DNA of 64,000 nucleotides from an uncultured Desulfarculus sp. (GCA_963665125.2 CAXXUK010000001.1:608001-672000); one strand, 5' to 3'. Shown: positions 39,647 to 49,825, counted from the stretch's first letter. Notes: a model not told the origin generated them from the letters alone. Program-made: numbers and translations.

Positions 39647-42058
39647 ATGGCCCGAGTGTATCCCCGCACCCTGACCGTGCAAGAATTGAGACGTTTGTTC
39701 GACCCCAATAACGTTCCATTTGAAACCAGCCAGGATTCGCCTGAATGTATTGAGAAAGTGATCGGCCAAAAGAGGGCCAAGGAAGCCCTGGAGTTGGGCC
39801 TGTCGATCAAAAACATGGATTTTCACGTCTATGTCGCCGGACCCCAGAGGACGGGCAAGACAAATTTAGTGAAAAGCTTTGTCGAAAAACTCGCCGTCAA
39901 TCAGTCCCCGCCCTCGGATTGGGTCTATGTTCATAATTTCCGAACGCCTGAAAAACCCCGCTGTCTGCGTTTTCCGCCGGGCGGCGGCAGGGGCTTTGCC
40001 AAGGAAATGGCGGCTCTGATTGAAAGCGTGCAGACAAAACTGCCCGAGATATTTGAAAGCGCAGAATACAACCGGCAAAGGGAAGCCATCGTATCCCAAT
40101 TCAAGAGACGCCGGGCCGATATTTTTCAAGAATTGGACAAGTTGGCCAGGGAACAGGGATATGTCCTTCGCTTCGAGCCCACCGGAATTGTTGTTGCGCC
40201 GGCAAACGAGGAGGGTGAGCAACTCCCCGAGCAGACCATCCGGGAAATGAGCGATGAACAGCGCGAGGAACTGCGCGCCCGTAGTGACTTGATCCAACAA
40301 AAAGTGTCCGAGAGCCTGCGACTGGTTTCCAATCATGAAAAAAGCCTCAATGAAGCGCTGGCCAACATGGACAAAGAGTTGGTGCTTTACGCGGTGGGCC
40401 ACATCTTTGAAGAGCTTTTCGATAAATACGGCGAACTGCGCGACGTGTTGGTCTATCTGGAGCAGGTCAGGACCGACCTTGTGGAGAACTACAAGCGCTT
40501 CGTGAAAAAGGAGGAGCCCCAACTGCCGTTCATGGTGCCCCAGAGCGGCCCCGAGAGCTCCCCGGAATACAAGGTCAATGTGTTGATCGACAACTCCGAG
40601 GCCCAGGGCGCGCCGGTGATTGTCGAGACAAACCCGACATTTCCCAACTTGTTCGGCCGCATCGAGCGTCAGGCCCAGTTCGGCACGCTTATCACCGACT
40701 TCACCATGCTGAGGCCCGGAGCCCTGCACAAGGCCAATGGCGGCTACCTTGTTTTACCCATTCGAGAATTGCTTATGTACTGGCTGCCTTGGGCCGGCCT
40801 GAAAAGGGCCTTGCAGGACAGGCAGGTGACCATCGAAGACGTCATGGACCAACTGGGCTATATGGTAACCCGCAGCTTGCAGCCCGAGCCCATACCGCTG
40901 GACCTGAAGGTCATATTGGTTGGGGAGACCCAGGTTTTCCAGATTCTGCAAATCCATGACAACCAGTTTTCCAAGATGTTCAAAGTTAAGGCAGAGATGT
41001 CCGATAGGATGTACTGGGAAAACGCGGAAATAGGTAACCTGATGAGCCATCTTTGCAAGTTTGTCAAAGAACGCAGGCTTAACCCGTTGCATCGCACCGG
41101 CGTGGCGCGCCTTGTTGAATTGGGCGCCGAATTGGCTGACGACAGGGAGCGCCTGACCTTGCGCTTGGCTGAAGTGGAGGATGTGCTGATCGAGGCTTCG
41201 TATCTGTCGTCGGCCGAAAAGCACGAATACATCGATGACAAGGACGTGGAGAAGGCCATAGCCGGCAGGCGGCGCCGGGTTTCGATGATAGATGAACGCC
41301 TGCAGGAGTCGATCACCAGGGGCTTTATAAACATCAACACAAAGGGCGCCGAAGTCGGCCAGATCAACGGCCTGGCCGTATTCCAGACCGGCGATTACAT
41401 GTTCGGCAAGCCCAGCCGCATCTCGGCCACCGTGGGCTTGGGTAAGGACGGCGTGGTGGCCCTGGACCGGGAAAGCGACCTCAGTGGGCCTTTTCACACT
41501 AAGGGCGTGCTGATCCTGGGCGGATTCTTGACCAAGCGCTTTGCCGCGCGCATGCCTTTGTCGCTTTCGGCCAGCCTGGTCTTTGAACAGAGCTATTCCA
41601 TGATCGACGGTGACTCGGCCTCGGTGGCCGAGGCTCTGGCCCTGATGTCGGCCATCGCCGATATTCCCCTGCGTCAGGATCTGGCCATCACCGGCTCCAT
41701 CAGCCAGAGCGGTCAGGTTCAGGCCATCGGCGGAGTTAACCACAAGATTGAAGGCTTTTTCAGGGTATGCGTGGCCAGGGGCCTAACCGGCAGCCAGGGC
41801 GTGGTCATTCCGGCCAGCAATATAAAAAACCTCATGCTTCATCCGGACATCGTCGCGGCCGTGGAACAGGGCAGGTTCGCCGTGCATGCCGTGGAAACCG
41901 TTGACCAGGCCCTGGAACTGTTCACGGGTAAAAAGGCAGGCAAACGAAACAAGCAGGGCAACTTCCCCAGGGGGTCGGTAAACCTGGCCGTGGAAAAGAA
42001 ATTGGCCGAGATGCACGAGATAGTCCGCAAATTGAGCCAAGGCAAAAACGGCAAATAA
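39647..42058 (+). CDS. Lon-like ATP-dependent protease (AAA domain plus S16 protease, LonB/LonH-like)
   Basis: IGQKRA, GPQRTGKT, GALHKANGG, GQINGL, DGDSAS (Ser), GGVNHKIEGF (Lys). Confidence 0.92.
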   Translation: MARVYPRTLTVQELRRLFDPNNVPFETSQDSPECIEKVIGQKRAKEALELGLSIKNMDFHVYVAGPQRTGKTNLVKSFVEKLAVNQSPPSDWVYVHNFRTPEKPRCLRFPPGGGRGFAKEMAALIESVQTKLPEIFESAEYNRQREAIVSQFKRRRADIFQELDKLAREQGYVLRFEPTGIVVAPANEEGEQLPEQTIREMSDEQREELRARSDLIQQKVSESLRLVSNHEKSLNEALANMDKELVLYAVGHIFEELFDKYGELRDVLVYLEQVRTDLVENYKRFVKKEEPQLPFMVPQSGPESSPEYKVNVLIDNSEAQGAPVIVETNPTFPNLFGRIERQAQFGTLITDFTMLRPGALHKANGGYLVLPIRELLMYWLPWAGLKRALQDRQVTIEDVMDQLGYMVTRSLQPEPIPLDLKVILVGETQVFQILQIHDNQFSKMFKVKAEMSDRMYWENAEIGNLMSHLCKFVKERRLNPLHRTGVARLVELGAELADDRERLTLRLAEVEDVLIEASYLSSAEKHEYIDDKDVEKAIAGRRRRVSMIDERLQESITRGFININTKGAEVGQINGLAVFQTGDYMFGKPSRISATVGLGKDGVVALDRESDLSGPFHTKGVLILGGFLTKRFAARMPLSLSASLVFEQSYSMIDGDSASVAEALALMSAIADIPLRQDLAITGSISQSGQVQAIGGVNHKIEGFFRVCVARGLTGSQGVVIPASNIKNLMLHPDIVAAVEQGRFAVHAVETVDQALELFTGKKAGKRNKQGNFPRGSVNLAVEKKLAEMHEIVRKLSQGKNGK

Positions 42059-42067
42059 GTCAAATAC

Positions 42068-42116
42068 GAAAAAAGAGGCAGACGAAGCGTTAAGGGTTTC
42101 GTCTGCCTTTTGTTTA
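42068..42116. terminator. Bidirectional terminator
   Basis: AAGAGGCAGACGAAGC/GTTTCGTCTGCCTTTT stem with A-rich and T-rich flanks between convergent genes. Confidence 0.85.
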
Positions 42117-43526
42117 GGCGTGTTCAGGCGGGGTGATGTCGTATTTAGCCATCTTGCCGTAGAGCGTGCTGCGGGCAATGCCCAGGACCTTGGCAGCCTG
42201 GTATTTGTTCCAGCCACATTTTTCCAAGGTGCCCGAGATCAGGTCCTTTTCCTGGTCATAGAGCCTGCCGGTGGGTGAACCGCCGTTGTTGTCGCCAAAG
42301 GCCATGCGCTCGGGCAGATGCTCCATGCCCACCACGTCCTTGCGGCACATCAACACGGCGTGCTCAACGACGTTGCGCAGTTCGCGCACATTGCCCGGCC
42401 AGTTGTATTCCAAAAGGCGGCCCAGTGATTCGCGGGTGAAACCGTAAATGGATTTGCCCAGCTTTTCGCTGTGGGCCCGCAGGAAGAAGTTGGCCAGGAA
42501 CGGAATGTCCTCCGGGCGGCGGCGCAGGGGGGGGACCTCCAGGCGCACCACGTTGAGGCGGTAATACAGGTCTTCGCGGAACAGGCCCCGCTCCACTTGT
42601 TGACGCAGGGGCTTGTTGGTGGCGGTCACGATGCGCACGTCGGCGTCCAGTGTCTTCTCTCCGCCCACCCGTTCGAACTGGCGGTCCTGAATGACCCGCA
42701 GCAGGGCAAGCTGGGTCAGAGGGCTGATCTCGGCGATTTCATCAAGGAATATCGTGCCTCCGTTGGCCAACTCGAAGCGGCCGGCCTTGCGGCGGATGGC
42801 CCCGGTAAAGGCGCCTTTTTCATGGCCGAACAACTCGGAACTTAGAAGGGTTTCGGGATAGGCAGAGCAGTTGACCACGATAAAGGGACCATTGGAGCGC
42901 TTGCTGTATTTGTGGATCACCTCGGCCAGCAGGCTCTTGCCCGTGCCTGATTCGCCTTCGAGCATGACCGTGGTGTCGGTATGAACGACGTTGTCGAGGA
43001 TGTCTGCCATTTCCAGGACCTGGGGCGAACCGCCCATGACCTTGGCCAGGTAACGGCGCATCTCCAGGGTTAGCTTGGCCTGCTGGCGGCCCATGCGTTC
43101 GGAGATCAGGTCTTCGTACAGGCTCCTGATCCTCAGCATCACCCGGACGCGGCTGAGCATGGTCTCCACGTCAACCGGTTTGGACATGTAGTCTTCGGCG
43201 CCCACCTCCAGGGCCTTGATGGCCGCGTCTTTTTCATGGAGGGCTGAAAGCACCACCACCGGCACGTAACGGAGTTTGCCGTCACTTTTTATGCGCTGCA
43301 GCACTTCCCAACCGTTGAGTCCGGGCAATATGAGGTCCAACAGGATCAGATCAAAGTCGCCGCCCGCCATGAGGGTGTCCACCGCTGAAATACCGTCGTA
43401 GCAGACAACGGTTTCATAGCCCTCGCTTTTCATCAAGGAGCTGAAAAACAGGGCTGAATCGTGATCATCCTCGACAATGAGGATTCTGGCGTGTTGTTTT
43501 GAGACTGGAAGGGGCGGTTTGTTCAA
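42114..43526 (-). CDS. sigma54-dependent response regulator (REC-AAA+-Fis HTH, NtrC family)
   Basis: [55 protein letters not shown]; probable TTG start at 43526. Confidence 0.93.
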   Translation of the reverse strand: MNKPPLPVSKQHARILIVEDDHDSALFFSSLMKSEGYETVVCYDGISAVDTLMAGGDFDLILLDLILPGLNGWEVLQRIKSDGKLRYVPVVVLSALHEKDAAIKALEVGAEDYMSKPVDVETMLSRVRVMLRIRSLYEDLISERMGRQQAKLTLEMRRYLAKVMGGSPQVLEMADILDNVVHTDTTVMLEGESGTGKSLLAEVIHKYSKRSNGPFIVVNCSAYPETLLSSELFGHEKGAFTGAIRRKAGRFELANGGTIFLDEIAEISPLTQLALLRVIQDRQFERVGGEKTLDADVRIVTATNKPLRQQVERGLFREDLYYRLNVVRLEVPPLRRRPEDIPFLANFFLRAHSEKLGKSIYGFTRESLGRLLEYNWPGNVRELRNVVEHAVLMCRKDVVGMEHLPERMAFGDNNGGSPTGRLYDQEKDLISGTLEKCGWNKYQAAKVLGIARSTLYGKMAKYDITPPEHA

Positions 43527-44097
43527 TACTATTCCTGCTCCTTTGGGGCCAGGGCGCAATTGCCGCAAGCCTCGGCCAGACGGGCGAGGGCATAATCTTG
43601 TGACAATTCGGGCCTAGGTCCGCCCTTGCCATAGAGGGCGTTTCCTTCAGTGACCAATATGGGGCAGGTTCCGGCGGCGATATGGAGGCATTTTGTCCAA
43701 AGAGGGTCGTTACTCACGCTGCGCTCCTTTCGGCAACGAAATCGCAACGCCGTAAAAAGTGAGACAAAATGATCATACAGGTTCTCCGGTAGCGGATCAA
43801 GGATCATGAAACGTCAGAATTAATTAATTTTTCCGATGGCAAACGCTCAAAATACGTTCGGGATGAAAAACGGCAACCTTTGAATACGTAATCACCGGGT
43901 TATTCCTGTAAAAAATATAGGACTATTAGTAATAGGTTATTTTTAAGGTACAATAAAAAAACAGGCTGGTTGTGAGCGTCCATTCGGGGCCGGGAATTGA
44001 TCGTTCGGGTTACGTTGTTTGCCGTCTTTGATTAACGGCCGGGGAAGGACCACCCGGACTCGGTTTGGCTTGGCGCGATAAAAAGGGGGAGATTGCG

Positions 44098-44913
44098 ATG
44101 AGACTTTTCAAGGCGCTGGCCGTGGTAGCGGCCATGACGATAACCATGTCGGCCTCTCCGGCCGTGGCGGACATGATCAACCTGTCGCTTGATTTCGGTG
44201 ATCCTTCCTGGTCCGGAGCGGGAAACCAAACTTCATACAGCCGCACATTCAATTCCGGAACAACGGACGAACTGGGCGTGACCCTCACCGCCAGAAGCTG
44301 GGGCCACGATCATTCCGGCCACCAGGTGGACTACAACGCAAAGATAACCCAGCACGGCGGCGGATTGGGTGTAAAGGACATCGCCGGGCCGGGAAGCGGC
44401 CATCTCATCGACGACAACACCTTTCGCCACGGCAATAGGGTGGAGGAGTCCATCGAGGTTTCGTTCAGCAAGCCCGTGGACATCAACAGCTTCTGGGTGG
44501 GAGATTTCTTTCAGGAACAAAACCTGTTCGGCCAGGTCACCGGATGGGAGGCGGGCAAGTTCATCGCCTATGACGCCGACGGAAATATCATCTACAACAT
44601 GAGTTTCAATGCCGGTCAGGTCAGCCTCGGCGATCCCGGCTATCTGGGCTACGGCCGCCGGCTCTACGATGACTCGACCCTGGGTATAAACCTAAGCAAT
44701 ATTTCCAGCATTGCCTTTTTTGCCGACAGCGACAACATGAACCCCGGTTCGTGGCGGATATTGGGCGGCATCGGCGACAAAAGCAACTTCAGCCTGGGCG
44801 GTCTGAATGTAAGCTATGAAAAGACGGCCGACCCCACCCCTGAACCGGCCACGGTGTTGCTGCTGGCCTCGGGGCTGTTGGGGGCCGTAGCCATCCGCCG
44901 CCGCCGGTCATAG
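44098..44913 (+). CDS. PEP-CTERM sorting domain surface protein
   Basis: Signal peptide; C-terminal TPEPATVLLLASGLLGAVAIRRRRS. Confidence 0.92.
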   Translation: MRLFKALAVVAAMTITMSASPAVADMINLSLDFGDPSWSGAGNQTSYSRTFNSGTTDELGVTLTARSWGHDHSGHQVDYNAKITQHGGGLGVKDIAGPGSGHLIDDNTFRHGNRVEESIEVSFSKPVDINSFWVGDFFQEQNLFGQVTGWEAGKFIAYDADGNIIYNMSFNAGQVSLGDPGYLGYGRRLYDDSTLGINLSNISSIAFFADSDNMNPGSWRILGGIGDKSNFSLGGLNVSYEKTADPTPEPATVLLLASGLLGAVAIRRRRS

Positions 44914-44933
44914 GCCGACTCCGACAATAAACC

Positions 44934-44961
44934 GCCCCGGTGTAACGGCCGGGGCTTTTTT
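44934..44961 (+). terminator. Rho-independent terminator
   Basis: GCCCCGG/CCGGGGC stem followed by T5. Confidence 0.8.
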
Positions 44962-45020
44962 ATGCCTGGGCGCGGTTGGCCCTTGCAAGGCGCAGCCGGG
45001 CGTCGTAGGCTGCTGGGATC

Positions 45021-47849
45021 ATGATCGTAGCCGACCTGCACATACACTCGCCATTCTCACGGGCCACGGCCAAGGCCATGCTGCCCGAGCATCTGTGGAT
45101 GGCCGCCCAACTCAAGGGCATCGACTTGCTGGGCACCGGTGACTTCACCCACCCGGCCTGGTTCGAGATTCTCCAGGAAAGGTTGGTGGAGACCGGCGAC
45201 GGCGCCTATGAGCTGCGGCCCGAGGTGGCCGCTACAGTGCAAGACCAGGTTCCTGCGGCCTGCCAAAGGCCGGTGCGCTTCATCCCCTCGGGCGAGATAA
45301 GCAGCATCTACAAGCGCGGCGGCAAGACCCGCAAGGTGCACAGCCTGATCCTGATGCCCACCCTGGAGGACGTGGCCCGGCTCAACCAGCGCCTGGACAG
45401 GCTGGGCAACATCAAAAGCGACGGTAGGCCCATCCTGGGCCTGGACGCCCGGGATCTGCTGGAGCTGTGCCTGGAGGTCTGCCCCCAGGTGATCTTCATC
45501 CCGGCCCATATCTGGACGCCGTGGTTCAGCGTGTTCGGCAGCAAGAGCGGCTTCGACTCCCTGGAGGAGTGCTTCGGCGAGCTCACCGGCTACATCCACG
45601 CCCTGGAGACGGGCCTGTCTTCGGACCCGCCCATGAACTGGCGGCTCTCGGCCCTGGACCGCTTCACCCTGGTCAGCAACTCTGACGCCCACAGCCCGGC
45701 CAAGCTGGCCCGTGAGGCCAACCTGCTGGACTGCCCGCCTACCTATCACGACCTGGCCAGGGCCCTGGAATTGGGCCCCGAGGGCGGCTTCAGGGGCACA
45801 CTGGAGTTTTTTCCGGATGAGGGCAAATACCACCTGGACGGCCACCGCAAGTGCAACCTGCGTCTGAGCCCAGCCGAGACCAAACAGTACGGCGGGCGCT
45901 GCCCGGTGTGCGGCGGGCTGATAACCGTGGGCGTGCTGAGCCGGGTGGAAGACCTGGCCGACCGGCCCGAGGGTGTGCGGCCCCAGGGCGCGGCGGATTT
46001 CCAATGCCTGGTGCCCCTGGACGAGGTGGCCTCGGAAGTGGCCGGGCGCGGCCCCGCCACCAAGGGCGTGCAGGAAGCCGTGGCGGCTATGCGGGCCAAG
46101 CTGGGGCCGGACCTGGATATCCTGCGCAATACGCCCCTGGAAGACTTGGAACGCCTGGCCGGGCCGGTGATGGCCGAGGCCGTGCGCCGGGTTCGGGTGG
46201 GCCAGGTGCGGCCCATTGGCGGCTATGACGGCGAATTCGGGGTGATCAAGGTCTTCACCGAACAGGAGCGGGCCGAGTTCGCCGGGCAAAAGGCCCTGCT
46301 GGATTTGGGCGGCGCGGCGCGGGCCCCGCGTAAAAAAAAAGACCTGAGTCTGCCCCTGACGCCCAAGGCTGATCCGGCCCAAACTCCCAAATTAAGCCAA
46401 AATGACAACGGGGTGTTGAACCCCGAGCAACAGGCGGCCGTGGACTATCGCGGCGGGCATCTGATCGTGCGGGCCGGGCCCGGCTCGGGCAAGACCCGCA
46501 TGCTGGTGGCCAGGGCCGGGGCCTTGGCCCACGGCGCGGGCGGCGGCGATTTGCTGATGATCACCTTCACCCGCAAGGCCGCCGAAGAGATGCGCCAGCG
46601 CCTGGCCCAAACGGGCGCGGCAAGCCGGGCCACGGTGAGCACGTTCCATGCCCTGGGCCTGGGCATCCTGGGCGACCAGATCGGCCAAGCGCCGGAGTTG
46701 ATCGACCCTGACGAACGCCAGACCTTGATCAAACAAATCGCCAAGGACCGCGACCTGCGTCCGGCGGATGTCGAGCTGGCCGTCAGCCGGGCCAAACAGC
46801 GCCTGAATGCCCGCCCCGAGGCCAAATACATCGATGCCTGGCGGGCCTATCACGCGGCCGTTGACGGCCGCCTGGACCTGGACGACCTGGTGCTCAGGGC
46901 CGTGGAGGCCCTGGACCGCGACGCGGCCTTGTCCGACACATGGTCAAACAGGTTTGCCCATGTGCTGGTGGACGAATACCAGGACGTCAACCCGGTGCAG
47001 GTGGAGCTGCTACGGAAAATTTCGGCCAATGCCGCGGTCACGGCCATCGGCGATCCGGACCAGGCCATCTACGGCTTTCGCGGGGCCGAGAGAGCCCTGT
47101 TCGATTCCTTTGAAATGACTTTCATGGGAGCGGCGGCCCTGACCCTGCGGCGCAACTACCGCAACGCCGAGCCGGTTTTGGCGTCCGCCGAAGCCCTGAT
47201 GAGGGCCGAGAGGGAGGCCGAAGCCATGGCGGCCATAGCCGGGCCTGGGCCGCTGATCACCTGCTGCGAGGCGGCCGATCCAATGGCCGAGGCCCGCTGG
47301 ATCGCCGGACAGGTCGTTGATCTTTTGGGCGGCCTGGATTCACGGCAGGTGGAAGGCGGGGCGGACGCCAAAGGCAAGGGGTATGGCGCGGCCGATATCG
47401 CCGTTTTGTACCGCCTGCATGCCCAGGCCGGGCCAATTACTGAGGCCCTTGCCGAGGCAGGGGTGCCCTTGCAGGTGGCCGCCGACCGGCCCCTGGCCGA
47501 ACTCGATCCCCTGGACCTGCGGGCCCAGCGGGTCAGCCTGCTGAGCATGCACGCGGCCAAGGGCCTGGAGTTTCCGGTGGTGTTCATCGCCGGTCTGGAA
47601 AGCGGGCTGCTGCCCTATGAGCCGCCCAACAAGGCTCCGGCTTTGGCGGCCGAAGAACGGCGGCTGTTGTACGTGGCCATGACCAGGGCCAAGCGTCGGC
47701 TGTACTTCAGCCGGGCCAAGCGCCGCACCCTGTTCGGCAACAGCTACACCCCGGAGCGCTCGCCGTTCTGGGCAGATCTGCCCGCCGACATGCTGAGCTA
47801 TGCCACAACCACTCGCAAAGCCAAGGCCCGGCAACTCAAGTTGTTCTAA
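45021..47849 (+). CDS. Endonuclease Q (PHP) - UvrD/Rep SF1A helicase fusion
   Basis: N-terminal ADLHIHS, GTGDFTHP, PAHIWTPW, ETGLSSD, SNSDAHS, GKYHLDGHRKC...CPVCG, GYDGEFG. C-terminal AGPGSGKT, TFTRKAA, TFHA, VDEYQD, IGDPDQAIYGFRGA, NYR, HAAKGLEF, EERRLLYVAMTRAK. Confidence 0.92.
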   Translation: MIVADLHIHSPFSRATAKAMLPEHLWMAAQLKGIDLLGTGDFTHPAWFEILQERLVETGDGAYELRPEVAATVQDQVPAACQRPVRFIPSGEISSIYKRGGKTRKVHSLILMPTLEDVARLNQRLDRLGNIKSDGRPILGLDARDLLELCLEVCPQVIFIPAHIWTPWFSVFGSKSGFDSLEECFGELTGYIHALETGLSSDPPMNWRLSALDRFTLVSNSDAHSPAKLAREANLLDCPPTYHDLARALELGPEGGFRGTLEFFPDEGKYHLDGHRKCNLRLSPAETKQYGGRCPVCGGLITVGVLSRVEDLADRPEGVRPQGAADFQCLVPLDEVASEVAGRGPATKGVQEAVAAMRAKLGPDLDILRNTPLEDLERLAGPVMAEAVRRVRVGQVRPIGGYDGEFGVIKVFTEQERAEFAGQKALLDLGGAARAPRKKKDLSLPLTPKADPAQTPKLSQNDNGVLNPEQQAAVDYRGGHLIVRAGPGSGKTRMLVARAGALAHGAGGGDLLMITFTRKAAEEMRQRLAQTGAASRATVSTFHALGLGILGDQIGQAPELIDPDERQTLIKQIAKDRDLRPADVELAVSRAKQRLNARPEAKYIDAWRAYHAAVDGRLDLDDLVLRAVEALDRDAALSDTWSNRFAHVLVDEYQDVNPVQVELLRKISANAAVTAIGDPDQAIYGFRGAERALFDSFEMTFMGAAALTLRRNYRNAEPVLASAEALMRAEREAEAMAAIAGPGPLITCCEAADPMAEARWIAGQVVDLLGGLDSRQVEGGADAKGKGYGAADIAVLYRLHAQAGPITEALAEAGVPLQVAADRPLAELDPLDLRAQRVSLLSMHAAKGLEFPVVFIAGLESGLLPYEPPNKAPALAAEERRLLYVAMTRAKRRLYFSRAKRRTLFGNSYTPERSPFWADLPADMLSYATTTRKAKARQLKLF
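46332..46340 (+). repeat. A9 homopolymer in the EndoQ/UvrD linker (candidate slippage site)
   Basis: CGT AAA AAA AAA GAC; stops at 46345-47 (+1 frame) and 46370-72 (-1 frame). Confidence 0.5.
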
Positions 47850-49675
47850 ATCTCCGGTTGCACCGGTTCGGGCGGGGCCAATTCGCCCAGCAACTTGCGG
47901 AATTCCGCGTAGTCCAGGACCTCTTTTTCCAGAAGCCGCGTGGCCACGGTCTCCAGCAGGTCGCGGTGGCCGGTCAACAGTTCCTCGACACGTTTTTCCC
48001 GCTGGTCCATGGTCTGGCGCAGTTCGACATCCAGGGCAGCGGCGGTGTGCTCGCTGTATTCCTGGGCCGGGGGCAGCATGGTGCTGTCCGAGGGCAGGAA
48101 CACCGGTTGGTTGCGCCGGGGCAGGGTGACCGGACCCAGGGACTGGCCCATGCCATATTGGGTCAGCATGGCCCGCACCAGGTCCGTTGCCCGTTGCAGG
48201 TCGTTGGCCGCGCCGGTGGAGACCTCGCCGATGATGATCCGTTCGGCGACCCGCCCGCCCAATAGCACGTCAACCTTGCCTTCAAGCTCGGATTTGCCCA
48301 TCAGATACCGGTCTTCGGTGGGGCGCTGTTCGGTGTAACCCAGAGCGGCGATGCCCCTGGGAATAATGCTGATTTTGTGGACCTGGTCCGCACCCGGGGT
48401 CAGGGCCGCCACCAGGGCGTGGCCGGTCTCGTGATAGGCCACGATGCGCTTTTCCCGCTGGTTGATGACCCTGTTTTTCTTTTCCAGGCCGCCGATGACC
48501 CGGTCCACGGCCTCTTCCAGGTCGGGCATGGTCACTTCATTGCGTTCGGCCCTGGCCGCCAACAGCGCGCCTTCGTTGAGGATGTTTTCCAGGTCCGCGC
48601 CCGACAGGCCGGGCGTGCGCTGGGCCAGGATCTTCAGGTCCACATTGTCGGCCAGGGATATGCGCTTGGCGTGGACCTCCAGGATTGCCAGACGGCCTTT
48701 AAGGTCGGGTTTGTCCACAAGCACATGCCGGTCGAAACGCCCGGCCCGCAGTAACGCCGGGTCCAGGATTTCGGGCCGGTTGGTGGCGGCCATGATGATC
48801 ACACCGACCCGGGGGTCAAAGCCGTCCATTTCCACCAATAGCTGTTGCAGGGTCTGCTCGCGTTCGTCATGGCCGCCGGAAACGGCCATGCCCCTGGCCT
48901 TGCCCAGGGCGTCCAACTCGTCGATGAAAATGATGCACGGGGCCTTTTCCTTGGCCTGGGCGAACAGTTCGCGCACCCTGGCCGCGCCCACACCCACGAA
49001 AAGTTCCACGAATTCCGAGCCGGAGATGGAGAAGAACGGCACTGCGGCCTCGCCGGCAACGGCCCGGCTCAATAGCGTCTTGCCCGTGCCCGGCGGGCCC
49101 ACCAGCAACACGCCCTTGGGCATGCGGCCGCCCAGGCCGGTGAAGCGCTCGGGCGTCTTCAGGAACTGGACGATCTCCTCCAGTTCGAACTTGGCTTCAT
49201 CCACGCCCGCCACATCGGTGAAACGCGTCTTGATGTCCTGTTCGGCATGGACCTTGGCTCGGCTGCGGCTGAAGCTCATCACCCCGGCGCCAGGCCCCAT
49301 GCGTTTCATCATGAAATACCAGATGCCCAGGAACAGGAAAATGGGGATCATCCAAGACAGGATGTTGCGTAAGAATGTTGACTCCACCTCGCCGCGAAAG
49401 ACGATGTTGTGGCCTTCCAGGTCCTTGGCCAGGTCGGGATTGACCCGGACGGTGGTGAACTTGACGTCTTTGCCGTCCTTGTCCTTCATTACGCCGGTGA
49501 TCATCTGCTGGCCGATGGCCAGTTCGGTGATTTTATCAGCGCGCAGATCGCTCAAAAACTCGCTGTAGGCCAGATGCACCGGCCCCAAAGACGCGTAGAG
49601 CCAATTGTTGAGCAAAAGAACGAACCAGACGCCCAACAAGACGTACCAGATGGAAAACTTATGTTTTTTCTCCAC
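47846..49675 (-). CDS. ftsH: ATP-dependent zinc metalloprotease FtsH
   Basis: Two TM segments, GPPGTGKT, FIDELD, ATNRPEILDPALLRAGRFDR, HETGH; GTG start at 49675 behind GGAG. Confidence 0.95.
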   Translation of the reverse strand: MEKKHKFSIWYVLLGVWFVLLLNNWLYASLGPVHLAYSEFLSDLRADKITELAIGQQMITGVMKDKDGKDVKFTTVRVNPDLAKDLEGHNIVFRGEVESTFLRNILSWMIPIFLFLGIWYFMMKRMGPGAGVMSFSRSRAKVHAEQDIKTRFTDVAGVDEAKFELEEIVQFLKTPERFTGLGGRMPKGVLLVGPPGTGKTLLSRAVAGEAAVPFFSISGSEFVELFVGVGAARVRELFAQAKEKAPCIIFIDELDALGKARGMAVSGGHDEREQTLQQLLVEMDGFDPRVGVIIMAATNRPEILDPALLRAGRFDRHVLVDKPDLKGRLAILEVHAKRISLADNVDLKILAQRTPGLSGADLENILNEGALLAARAERNEVTMPDLEEAVDRVIGGLEKKNRVINQREKRIVAYHETGHALVAALTPGADQVHKISIIPRGIAALGYTEQRPTEDRYLMGKSELEGKVDVLLGGRVAERIIIGEVSTGAANDLQRATDLVRAMLTQYGMGQSLGPVTLPRRNQPVFLPSDSTMLPPAQEYSEHTAAALDVELRQTMDQREKRVEELLTGHRDLLETVATRLLEKEVLDYAEFRKLLGELAPPEPVQPEI

Positions 49676-49825
49676 GATATCGCTCCAAAGGTGGTGCCCT
49701 AAATGTAGGCGGCTGACGGCTGAAAAGTTCTGTTTACCAATAATAAGCCAATTACGCCGCAAATGGGATATGGATTCTGTTTTTAGTAGTGCTAATGAAA
49801 TGGTCGGTCGGTGGGATTTTGGGGT

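Noticed and set aside
43830..44097. c-di-GMP riboswitch or sigma54 promoter upstream of the PEP-CTERM gene
   Set aside because: GGCAAAC near 43838 lacks the rest of the class I motif; TTGGCGCG lacks a correctly spaced TTGC.
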